DNA of 64,000 bases from the NCBI GenBank assembly GCA_051942205.1, contig JAVECO010000014.1, positions 62,001-126,000 on the forward strand, given 5' to 3'. Below the pieces are notes generated by a model that saw only the letters and a list, made by a program, of their open reading frames with translations, had not been told where the DNA came from and did no database searches. The position numbers and the translations under genes are program-made. The DNA is from Coniocarpon cinnabarinum (taxonomy: Eukaryota). This document shows, piece by piece, positions 11,059-21,828 of this stretch (positions within the stretch are counted from its first letter, which is position 1; every line of letters starts with the position of its first letter).

Positions 11059-13533
11059 CTTGATAATTGGCTTAGGACTCGTCAAATATAAGCGAGTACT
11101 TTTCTGGAAAATTTCTTGTCCAAGCGTTGTGCCGCTCAAAGCAACATGAAGATTAGAGCGAGATGCTACAACCATCTTTTGACACTTCGAGGCGCTCAGA
11201 CATTGTGTAACAAAAAGAGCTATGTGATAGCTGCTACAGTCTTCGTTGTGCAGCTCTCGGTGGTTTTTGTCATGATGCCTGCCCATTTCCAGTGCTGTCA
11301 TGCGCTCAACTTTGCGATCGCTATTCTCGAGGCGCCGATTGCGCGGTCAGATGCTTCCAGTAGAGCCAAGCACGCGATGCACCTTTGCTCTGGTACTCTA
11401 AATCTCTGGGCGCCGTTTCGTCCGAAGGTGTTGGACCTCATTGCACCGCGAAGAATTTCTGAAGCACTTAACATGTAGACACCGCTTCCTTGCAACTGGA
11501 CAACTTGTTGGAGGGCATCAGCTGGGTTGTTCGTTGGGAAGTAAGCGTCGTTGGCTACTGAGTTCATTGAGACCACACAATCGTAGCTGCTAATATTTCA
11601 TTCTCAAAATACTTTGGTAGGTAACACATGTTCTTTCTGTCATTTCTACGAAAATGTGTGATCTTATTTGCCGCTCTCTTTGGCTTTTCATTGTAGAAAA
11701 TGTCACAGATGGTGGGGTCACAGAACATCCAAAAAGATATTAAGAGACTGAAGAATAATTTTGCGTCGTTTTTGTATATTATAGCAGGTCAAGAAGTGAT
11801 ATGTGATGCCCGACCTTAGTGACGCCAAAACTTTACCAGCGCCTCTTTGTCATGTTCCCATGCAAGCACTGAGCTCTTGCTGATCGGTTTTGAAGACTCA
11901 TGCTGCCGAGAATTACTACATGTGCCCATAAAGATCACGTCATCGCTGGAAGTCTAAGTGTCTCGCGGTCCTGGGTTGCGCTTGGTTTATGACTTTGGTA
12001 CGTGATCATCTCCAGCTGAGGCCAACAAGGTGAATCATGACGATTACTGAGTCTTGCAAACGAGAATGTGGTAATTTTTACTGTGAGCATTAGCAAATGG
12101 ACTGTTATGCAGTAAACAGAGGAAATTTAACCGACATCATAATTGCAATGCCAGTTTCGACGCTAGATAAATTGTGTGAATTTCGTTACATTGCGCATAC
12201 GAAACGCATGCGTTGCTGCTTGTTCGTTGTACATTCGTGGAGAGTGTTCAATAATCATTATGTTTCGTTTCATTTCATTTCGTTGCAAAGCTAGTAAAAG
12301 GAAGTGCAGCTAGATTGCATTGAGCTAACAACATCTGAATTTGCATGTTAAAGACCATTTAGTGGATGGCAACAAGACTCTAAGCCAGAATGAACGCAAT
12401 GATTTCTGTCCAACCAAGTAATCCCAGCCTTCAAATCCAAGATGGAGGCTTTCGGAACAGGGTACGCGATACCGAGCTGTAGGAGCAAATTTGTATACAC
12501 GTCATGTGCATGACAGAAGATCGGCAGCACTAATCATCCACATTGCCACTCGTTGAAGAAATTACTTGATCTCGAACAAATCAGAATCTGGCTGATCCGC
12601 TGTCGTAGTAATTGAATCTCTCTTAGAATTTACAGAAATCCAAAGTTACATTTATCACAAAATAGGATGTCACCAATGGCACTCTCCAACTTGCGCCTTC
12701 CCTTCCCTCCATGGTTTCAGCCCAAGGTAGACCTTTGGCTCAAAGGTTTCAGCGAATTTGCGCGTTCCAGTTACGTGACTCATTCAACGAGCAGTCTACT
12801 AACTGCTACATTGGTCACTTTCCCTCGCACGGTCTTTGCAGCAGAGTATCGTCATAGGCTACACTGTTTGTTGGGCAAAGCGCTTGTATCCATTAAGTCC
12901 CCAACCGTCCCAGTGGAAGCTTGTCCGCCCATACGAGGCTGCTCCCCCCGCAAAGTCCCCAATATGTCCTGGATCTCCCTGCTCGACACGCAGCTACGTT
13001 GGACATGCCGAACTCAAATAAAACGGCGGGTGTTCTCAGGCCGAAAACACACTGCATGGCAAGTCGGCGGACTCGTAGCCAGACGCCGAAGCTCATCGTC
13101 GTAATAATGATCTCAAGTTGCTTTGGTTGGGTCTCTTGCCTCCGTCGCCTCCGTCGCCTCCCGGGCAGTGCTCACCTTTGACCGCTACGACCCATGATAT
13201 CAGATTTAACTTCCCCATAAAAACAATCGAGGCCCTGACGCAATCATGTCTGTTGGGATCTGTAGCGTCTACCAGCTGTTTGAAAGAGTATATCTAGCTG
13301 CGCGCCCGCTATCCTCCCTTGCACACCAGTCTCATTTTGTTGCATTCACTGAGACCAGTACACAGTCGCCTTTTGTACCTCTCTCTGCACTCTTACATTC
13401 ATCCATTCCTGTTCATCCAGCTTTTCTGCGCCCTCACCTCCGAACAGCTACTCACGAACAGCACTCCCGACCGCCTCGTCACCGGCGGCTCATCAATCAA
13501 GGCCAGGCAACGCTCGACTCACAAGGCATCACT

Positions 13534-14226
13534 ATGCCCGCGTCTGCGCGAGTGCATTGCTCAGGCACAGGGTGCGAATACAGCACAACCAGAGGTGCGG
13601 ACCTCAGACGCCACAAGGAGAGTTGCAAAAAGATACACGGCAACGTAAAGCCTTGTAATATCGGGCGATTCCAGTGCAACGCTTGTCAAAAGCGGTTTGT
13701 TCAAGTCGCTCATTACAAGGCTCACTATCGGCAAATCCATGGCGGGCCAGAAGGAGCTATCTTCAGCTGCAGCCTGTGTCCCAATGAGCGATTCTGGGAC
13801 CGCACGCCGGCAGCGCGTCACAACAGGCACGCGCACGCCTGTGCCGGGAAGATCCTGGGTCACGAACAGGATTTCCCTGTGCCACCCTGCAAGCGACTAG
13901 ACAGCGCCGAACGGGACGAGCCGGAAGTCCCCTCACAAGGACAATCGAAAGCGGCACCGCAGCCGCAAGAGACCTCCTCGCAGGTCTCAACGCAAATGCA
14001 GCCCGAGACGTCGCTGCTGCAACGACACGTCCCTGCAACGGAGCAGGACAACTGGATGCCACCACAAGACATCTGGAGATCACCGCCGGAAGGCGTTCCT
14101 CGCGGCGGACCCATCAACATTCCGTCGCTGCAGTCGTCGGACGCATCGACCATGGCGGGCGAAGAGGAGGAGGAGGAAGGGGAGGACTGGATCGACTACA
14201 GTCTGGACGCGCTCATGAGTTACTGA
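13534..14226 (+). CDS. C2H2 zinc-finger protein, putative transcription factor
   Basis: Fingers CSGTGC...LRRHKESC, CNAC.KRF.....YKAHYRQIH, CSLC....F......RHNRHAH; acidic C-terminus. Start placed at MPASARV (ORF is open from 13246). Confidence 0.8.
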   Translation: MPASARVHCSGTGCEYSTTRGADLRRHKESCKKIHGNVKPCNIGRFQCNACQKRFVQVAHYKAHYRQIHGGPEGAIFSCSLCPNERFWDRTPAARHNRHAHACAGKILGHEQDFPVPPCKRLDSAERDEPEVPSQGQSKAAPQPQETSSQVSTQMQPETSLLQRHVPATEQDNWMPPQDIWRSPPEGVPRGGPINIPSLQSSDASTMAGEEEEEEGEDWIDYSLDALMSY

Positions 14227-15466
14227 GCGCAATGCGCTGGACGAGTCCGTCGACAGTTTCAGCATCTCGTCAGACCGGAGCCGGCACTACTCGATGTTAG
14301 TGGGGGACGAGCGAAAGCTCAAGTCAATTGAGGGGAAAAGGGCTTTCAGAAGGAAGAGTTGGGATTCAGCATTTCTCGGCGTTTGGAGTATGGATTCCGG
14401 CACAGGACTTTTACATTCTGGATTTTGACTTTTCGACTTTTGGTTTCTTGGATTCTGGGACTTTTGAATTTTTACGAAGTTTATAGAATTTGGGCTTTTG
14501 GAGTTTGGGGTTTTCGGAAGGGAGGAGGGAAATCGGAATTTGAGCGATCATGTACAGCAATACACGGGCATTTTGACCTTTGGATAGATGCATGCTGCAT
14601 TGAGGTGGGGAAGTATTGCTGCTGCTGCTGTTTACATGATACCCACAATGGCGCATTTAGGAATGACATCGGCTTCGTCAACGGCCGGACTTCAGATATG
14701 AGTAGTTCACTCATGACTTTCTCGTGCAGTCGTCTGCGTGTGAGGCCTTCTCGCTCTTCAGCGGCGTCGGAAGGTGACGTGACGTGACTCTTTCACAAGC
14801 GCTGTCTGATCCACTTCTGAATAATCGGCCACGCTGCATAAGGAGAGGGTCTTCTCAGGGTGATTGCGTTGCTATCACGTCGCGGTCGTGTAGAAGATGC
14901 AGTTGTTCCTAGCATCACACATTACCTTTCTGGTGCGACGATGATTTGACAAGGGTTGTGTAGGCTTGTGAGCTTGAGGAGCGAGGATGGAGGGGAACAA
15001 AGACACGTGACGAGTGGCGGGTAGACAGCCTGTAAATGGAAAGATGCTCAAACGTCTGAGTACACGTGACGAGGACGTTTCAGCAGTTTCAGCCAATGGC
15101 GACGTCGATCAGGCGCCAATCACCGTGCTAGGAGCCTTGACTCGCTCGGCGCGTCTCCTGTCACGCTTCTCGAGTCCACTTCTCCTCGCTGCTCTCAGAA
15201 CTCACGCACGCTCCCCTCCACTACTGCACGTTCTTCCCCTCCTCCTTCCCTCCGTGTCCCCCTGCAGCTCGGTGGCTGTCCAGCGTCCACTAGGTTCTGC
15301 CTTTGAGCTCTTTTCGTCACGAAAACAAAACAAACCACAATGGCTCCACACAGCCCAACACAAAGGGCGCCTCTTCTTTGATTCATGTGTCTGCAATCTC
15401 CTCCCGCTCGTGGCCGTGTCCTCTTCCCTTGCTGTGTCCTCGAGCAATCTTCCCTTGCTGTTGTCC

Positions 15467-18187
15467 ATGGCTGGTTCACCCTACAGTGGATCGGAATATC
15501 TCCAAAGCAAACTGCGCGAAAGAAGGGCTGAGAATGCCCGCAGCAGCACCGGCAGCAAACACAGCGACCCTGACAGCCTCCCTCGACGCCAAAGACCTGC
15601 ACGCGACGACATCATTTTCGCCGATGACACCAGTCCGCCACGACGTCGCGCGAGTGAGCGCGTGTATCAATCATCGCCTGCGAATGCGGCCCAAGCCATG
15701 GCATTTCGCGCGTCTCAAGCCAGACGCCCAAGCAATCACGTAGCAGGCGTGGCAGATTCTAGCAGGGCGCTGGGAGCTAGGGAAGCAGAAGAACGCATCG
15801 ACAAGCTCTCAAAACAGAATTTCGATTTGAAGCTTGAGGTGTTTCACAGACGAGAGAAGGTCTTGGAGCTTGAGAAGAAACTTGAAGAGTTGAGACAGGA
15901 CTACGAGGGGTTGCGTGAGGCCAACGAGGAGACCTTGCAGGAATTGGACAAGCGCGACGCGGCCATCGACCAAGCTGTCGCCATCATCGACGAGCACGAA
16001 AACAGCCTGCAATTGCTGCAGGATCGCGTGGATGCGTTGGAGGCTGCACCTGGCAGTCGCACAGAGGCCCAGAAACCGCCAGACGAGTCACAAGACACCA
16101 ATGCAACAAGGTCAAGTCATCCAGAACAAAGAGGAGGACGTTCCAAAAGGCTATCAGTGTCCCCAGAGGTATCGGCGCGCATGGCAGAAATGTCTTCCCC
16201 AGCCAAGAAGGGTCCTCGACCTGTGCCATCCTTCTTGCGCGATGAGCAGATTGGCACGCGCACGTTACGCAGTCACTTCATGGACGGGGACCGCCAGATT
16301 AGGCCAATACCAAGCTTCGCGACACTCAACACTCTATCTTTGGCCGATGGGGAAGTTGATCCAGACGAGGACGTACTGAGATCGCCTGCCCTAAGCGAAA
16401 TCAGCGAAAGCGAGTTCAAAAGTCTCTTTGGTCGCGACCAGAAGGGTGACGACTTTCGTAACCCACGCCACTCGGAAGAAGAGCCTACGACTCCGACTGC
16501 GCAGACACCTATTTCGGAAAAAGTCAAGTTGGCGAGAACGCATGAATGGGTCAATGATAGCGCTGTGCGACCCTCTGCTTCCCGCAAGTCGTCGTCTTCA
16601 TCTTCATCATTACAAAACCAGCAGTCCCAAGCTTTCCAGTCTCTTACCGGCGTGCTTCACGATGGCTCAATTGTCAACGAAGGCAAGCCAACTGATCGAC
16701 GAAGACGACAGTCCAAGCGCGCGCCTGATGCTAAACGTAACACCCGTTCCGCACCATTTGTAGAAAATCCCATCTTCGGCCAGAATGTCTACCCGCCCAC
16801 TCCTGACACGATGCACACGCGAGAAACAAGGCCGTCAACGCATTCCTCTTCCTCTGCGACATTGGATAGAATGAGATCTGATCCGCTGAGAGTTATGACT
16901 GATGAGTCTACTATTGATGCTCAAAAATCGAGAAAGCAGCCTCTGTTGAGCCAAGATCTCATGACATCTCGCAGCAGTCTACTCAAGAGGAGCCAATCTT
17001 GTTACTCCGCTACAGAAAACACGGTCAGCCCGCATCTGCAATCAGAGCCAAGCAGCGCCGTCATGCGCGATCCAGAGATCCAAGTTGACGAATTTGCATC
17101 CACCCAAACCCAGCGTCGTCCGTCGCAGCCATACCGGGAGAGAAGCTTCGATCCGACATCCCCAAGGCGTCTTCTATCTACAGAAAGACTCTCTACCTCC
17201 GACGCCCTCTCAGACCAAGCCCGAAGCTTTGCGTCTCGGTCCCGAAATCCACGACACATCCACGGAGCATCAGTCGCGTTAGAGGATAGACCGCTTCCGC
17301 GTCGTCGAAATAGCGCAACGACTGCAACGCAACAGACTCTTGCCGAGTTGAGCCCATCTGCACGACGCGCAAGCACATCGCAGCCGGCAGACGCTTCTTC
17401 CCCAAGTGCAGATGCAAGGCAGCCCGCGAGCATTCGGAATGTACAAGCTACGAAACCTACATCACCGCGGTGGCACCAACAAGCGCCTTCAGGTCAGTCT
17501 CTAGAAGAGCCCACGCCTCCAAAACCACCAAAGCACGCAACATTACCCGCAAGATCTTCTTCGAGAGGCAAAGCAATCCGACCTACCGATACGCTGCGAC
17601 AGCGCGTCTCCAAATTCACTCGTCAGAACAGTAGTCAGGCCCCTCCTCATCAACCCAGTGACACTGCCTCGACCGCCTCCTTCCACACACCGCCGCCAGC
17701 ACCAATTCACTCACCGCAGTCGAGCAAAACCCGATCCAACTCGTTCACGTTGCGGACGCGCAAGCTTTTTCAGCGGCGGCGAAGCAGCGCATCACAGAAG
17801 TCTCCACCTATCAGCCCGACACAGTCCATCCGCAGGATCACGCAGAGTAATGGTGAAGAGGACATCGCGGCCAGTACAAGAAGTAGCACATTCATGGATG
17901 CGGCGAAAGCTGCCATGCCGCACCTTGACATGGTGGGCAACGAGCGCAGGACTCCCACGTCGGGAATTTCGACGGGCATCCCCGTCATGTCTACGCCTCC
18001 GAGTCAGAACAATGATACTGCGTCAGGCCGAAGCAAAACAGGCGACACAAACATGGACGGCACACTTCCTAGTCCTACGCTTGGCAAAGGCCGGCGTAAC
18101 AGCAGCGATGTGGCTGGATTTCCACGGCGAGGACGAGAGGGCAGAGTAGCGTCACGGCGAGCCGAGGAAGCTCGCGAACAGCAATAG
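15467..18187 (+). CDS. Centrosomin N-terminal motif 1 (Cnn_1N/CM1) coiled-coil protein, Mto1/ApsB-related motif
   Basis: LGAREAEERIDKLSKQNFDLKLEVFHRRE followed by a coiled coil (ELDKRDAAIDQAVAII); long S/T/P-rich tail; likely start MAGSPY. Confidence 0.8.
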   Translation: MAGSPYSGSEYLQSKLRERRAENARSSTGSKHSDPDSLPRRQRPARDDIIFADDTSPPRRRASERVYQSSPANAAQAMAFRASQARRPSNHVAGVADSSRALGAREAEERIDKLSKQNFDLKLEVFHRREKVLELEKKLEELRQDYEGLREANEETLQELDKRDAAIDQAVAIIDEHENSLQLLQDRVDALEAAPGSRTEAQKPPDESQDTNATRSSHPEQRGGRSKRLSVSPEVSARMAEMSSPAKKGPRPVPSFLRDEQIGTRTLRSHFMDGDRQIRPIPSFATLNTLSLADGEVDPDEDVLRSPALSEISESEFKSLFGRDQKGDDFRNPRHSEEEPTTPTAQTPISEKVKLARTHEWVNDSAVRPSASRKSSSSSSSLQNQQSQAFQSLTGVLHDGSIVNEGKPTDRRRRQSKRAPDAKRNTRSAPFVENPIFGQNVYPPTPDTMHTRETRPSTHSSSSATLDRMRSDPLRVMTDESTIDAQKSRKQPLLSQDLMTSRSSLLKRSQSCYSATENTVSPHLQSEPSSAVMRDPEIQVDEFASTQTQRRPSQPYRERSFDPTSPRRLLSTERLSTSDALSDQARSFASRSRNPRHIHGASVALEDRPLPRRRNSATTATQQTLAELSPSARRASTSQPADASSPSADARQPASIRNVQATKPTSPRWHQQAPSGQSLEEPTPPKPPKHATLPARSSSRGKAIRPTDTLRQRVSKFTRQNSSQAPPHQPSDTASTASFHTPPPAPIHSPQSSKTRSNSFTLRTRKLFQRRRSSASQKSPPISPTQSIRRITQSNGEEDIAASTRSSTFMDAAKAAMPHLDMVGNERRTPTSGISTGIPVMSTPPSQNNDTASGRSKTGDTNMDGTLPSPTLGKGRRNSSDVAGFPRRGREGRVASRRAEEAREQQ

Positions 18188-18785
18188 TACATGTGTGTTT
18201 CATCAGCGTGGCGTTGGGATGTTACAAGTGGTGGATACAAAAACATGGGCGACCGTATGGCTGCTGTGTATCGTTATCACATATATACAGAGTGTATCAA
18301 TAGCAGCTCCGGAGCGATCCAGGAGTGGCAATACCCCTAGGTAGTCAATACCTACATTGGCTTTTCCATGACCGATTTTGAAGAGCATCGTCATCATAGG
18401 TGATTGGGTCATGCTGTCTGCGCGCATGCTCATAGATGTAATGATATCACATCTTCGTAATGATAGCTAGCTCCCCAACGCGGAACATCATCAGCAGTGG
18501 ATGGATTGTTGGCATATAATGTCCTGGTACGGAGAGTGGAGATCCCCACACTGGCCCAGCGCCTCCGACATTTAGGCTTGAGCCCCAGTGAGCCCCCAAC
18601 CAGAGCCCCACTCACCAGTCAGCGTGGGGCTTGACGGCGGCGGCGACCCTGAATCCTGCGGGGCTGCCAACGGCTCCCTCACTGCTGCACCTCATACGAC
18701 CGACCCCACAAGCACTCATATCACCCCATACACACCTGCTTTCGACCTGCTTGCCCAATCTTTGACGGCCGAACAACCTCTCAAA

Positions 18786-20629
18786 ATGCCGGACGAGAAG
18801 GACTCCAATCCTGATCCCGGCAGGAAATCGGATGCACCCTCCGCGGCCGAGGATGCGCTGAAGAAGCTCAACATCAACGACATTCGCTCACTGATGAGCA
18901 ATGCTGCTGTAAGCGAACATGTGCTTGGCCTGAAGCTTCTGAGCTCTGATGCAGACGTTTCTCATGCTGACCTCTTTCTTCTCTGCTTAGCCGGCCAACG
19001 CCAAAGACCCCAAGACCATGGACGGCCACAGATTTTGGCAGACACAGCCTGTCCCTCGCTACGGTAGGCCTTGATCCTCGAGCTTACCGCGACCAGCTCC
19101 CAACGAGCTTCTCCTGGGATGTGGTAGGAAGAGTCTGTGGCTGACAGAGGCAGATGACGAGAAGGAAGAGTTTCAAGAGGGCCCCATCTCTGGGCCAGAT
19201 CCATCCAAAGTCCCGAAGCAGCCATATCCCTTGATCAGTGGCTTTGAGTGGGTGACCATGAATCTTGAAGACGACCAAGAAGTAAGAGAGCATCCCATAC
19301 ACTGCTAGAAGCTCCAGACTCACAGTGTCGCCGTATATGTGGTCATTGGTTAACATGCTCCTGTTCAAAAGGTGTCTGACGTATATGACCTGTTGTTTCA
19401 CAACTACGTCGAAGACGATGAAGCCATGTTTCGCTTTAAATATTCGGCCTCGTTTCTCAACTGGTATGGCTGCTGAATCTGAAGAAGTCGAGGTCCTCAT
19501 TTCCCTATCATGCTAATCGTAGTGTAGGGCCCTCAAATCGCCCGGCTGGAGAAAGGATTGGCATATTGGCATCAGGGCGACCCAGTCGAGAAAACTGGTC
19601 GCTTTCATTTCCGCCGTGCCCATATCGTTGCTCGTCTATCCACCCGCATCGCATTCTTCTTCAACCGCAGAGCCTTCCAAGGTCGCATGCGCTGAGGTCA
19701 ACTTTCTGAACGTCCACAAGAAGCTTCGTGACAAGCGGCTTGCTCCGGTGCTCATCAAGGAAGTCACACGCCGGATCCATCTTGAGAACATCTGGCAAGC
19801 AATCTATACCGCGGGCACCATGCTACCCACACCGGTGTCTACCTGCCGCTACTATCACCGCAGCTTGGACTGGGAAAAGCTAGAAGCTGTGCGTTTTACC
19901 AGGGTACCTCCAGGCTCCACAAGACAACGTCAAATTGCGCGGTATCGACTCCCCAAGGAAACCGGAACGCCAGGTCTTCGCGAGATGGAGGACAAGGACG
20001 TTTCGCAAGTCACGAGTCTCTTGCGTCGGTATCTAGAGCGCATGCGGTTCGCGCAAGACTTCAGTGAGGAAGAGGTCCGGCACTGGCTTCTTGACAAGAC
20101 CAACAAAGAGAAGGGCATGGAGCGTGTCGTTTTTGCTTATGTGGTTGAGTCTGGTGAGGGGAGTAGCAAGAATATCACCGACTTCTTCTCATTCTACCGC
20201 CTCGAGTCAACAGTCATCGGCCACAAACAATACGACACCATTCGCGCGGCATACCTGTTCTATTACGCCACGGAGACCGCTTTCCAGTCTTCATCAAAGG
20301 TCAACGGCAACGGGAAAGCCGCCAGCCAAGAGACCGACAATGCTGCTTTGAAGAGGCGCTTAAATGAGCTGATGCGAGATGCTCTCATCCTGGCCAAACG
20401 CGCTCAATTCGACGTTTTCAATGCTCTAACTCTTCTTGATAACCCGTTGTTCCTCACGCAGCAGTTGTTCGGCGCGGGAGACGGCAGTCTCCACTATTAC
20501 CTCTACAATTGGCGAATGAAGCCAATTGAGGGAGGCGTGGGAGTTGGTCAACCCACCGCAAATAGTCCAAACGGAATCGGCTTCGCCGAGGAGAGCAAAA
20601 TGGGCGGCGTGGGCGTAGTCATGTTGTGA
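18786..20629 (+). CDS. NMT1: Glycylpeptide N-myristoyltransferase, 5 exons
   Basis: Spliced motifs [26 protein letters not shown], EVNFLx[43 protein letters not shown]-terminal GVVML. Confidence 0.97.
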
Positions 20630-20955
20630 CGGAAATGAGCTTTATTTTCACATGATCCTGTGATCGCTGGCAGGCAAAATTGTTTCATCCCGTCAATATG
20701 AGCGTAAGTCTCACTCTGTTGCCCCTCCTACCGTACACCTTGAACACCTCCAACCTCATTTCCCGTTCACCTCGACCTTACTTCTTTCCCCGTCTTCGCT
20801 CAGAGTCGTTTTTCTCCCTCTTTTCCTGCACACATTCGCCACAATACCGCATTCGCCGCAGTTTTGTGCCAGAATTTGAGCGAATTCGCTGATATTATCT
20901 GCTCAAAGCCCTCCGGCACGAGTTTCAACGCAAAATTTACGAACAGGCGGTAGCA

Positions 20956-21828
20956 ATGCCGCGACTTCTCCACAAAAAGAGCTTCCAGCGGCTACGAGCT
21001 CGGATCTGGAGCTCGCCTGATGTTACCAGCTCCTCGCCTCTGCAGATCAGTGGCCCCGCTGCGGTGCAGCACGCAGCGGGGACCAATCCATTTGGTCTGC
21101 CTCAACAAGCTGGGGTTGACGACCAGCTGGTGAGGGAGCGGAGTGGGGCGTTGTTGCCCGTCCAGCGGGACGTGGCGGAAGAGAACGATGAAGATGCGGG
21201 AAGACGTTTGGGAATTGAGATTTCCCGGGGTGGCGAGAGCGGAGAGGCTGAAGAAGAAGTGGGAGAGCCTGTGGTGGAGAGCGGCGTAGCAACAGCCGTC
21301 AAGATGGAGAGAGTGGACTCTGGTGGAGTCAAGAAGGTGGATTTGGGCCGAAAAGAACGTCCTCGGTCAAGATACCAGCCTGGGCGGCCGTTGGCTGCCA
21401 TTTCAGAAAGTCAGCTCATTGACACGTTCGAAGCTGACGAGGATGAACACGAAGACGAGGACGACGAGGACGACGACGAGATCTTCCTCGCGGGCCCAGT
21501 GCAGCGGTATGGGATCACTGTTGATCCCATCACCGGCCTGCCCGTGGCCAACGAACCCGCCAATCAAGACCTGCACCAGGCAGGCATCCACCAGCCAACA
21601 GGGCGTCACGTCGTCGGTGACGCTCCTGGATCAAAGACCCGCTCCATCATCGACGACGACCCCGCCAATTTGCAACAACCACAAAGCTCCAGAGTGAGCG
21701 TGGTGCCAGATACCAACGTCCACGATGATGAGACGACGGTGAAGAGACGTGGCGGTCTTTGGGAGGACTTCAACATGCAAGATTACAACATTGAAGAGGA
21801 CCCAACGAGCGAATGGAGTCATTCTTGA
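20956..21828 (+). CDS. Hypothetical acidic, disordered protein (290 aa)
   Basis: ATG-initiated ORF with coding-like composition; no recognisable domain. Confidence 0.6.
   Translation: MPRLLHKKSFQRLRARIWSSPDVTSSSPLQISGPAAVQHAAGTNPFGLPQQAGVDDQLVRERSGALLPVQRDVAEENDEDAGRRLGIEISRGGESGEAEEEVGEPVVESGVATAVKMERVDSGGVKKVDLGRKERPRSRYQPGRPLAAISESQLIDTFEADEDEHEDEDDEDDDEIFLAGPVQRYGITVDPITGLPVANEPANQDLHQAGIHQPTGRHVVGDAPGSKTRSIIDDDPANLQQPQSSRVSVVPDTNVHDDETTVKRRGGLWEDFNMQDYNIEEDPTSEWSHS

Noticed and set aside
11298..11576. 92-aa minus-strand ORF
   Set aside because: GTG start, no motif, no supporting exon structure
12048..12294. TTTCGTTTCATTTCATTTCGTTGCAAAGCTAG resembling a transposon end, with a weak inverted partner near 12050
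   Set aside because: Match is too degenerate and no TSD found
14400..14520. Repeated GA(C/T)TTT motifs after the zinc-finger gene
   Set aside because: Irregular low-complexity 3' UTR-like sequence; no constant period or spacer structure
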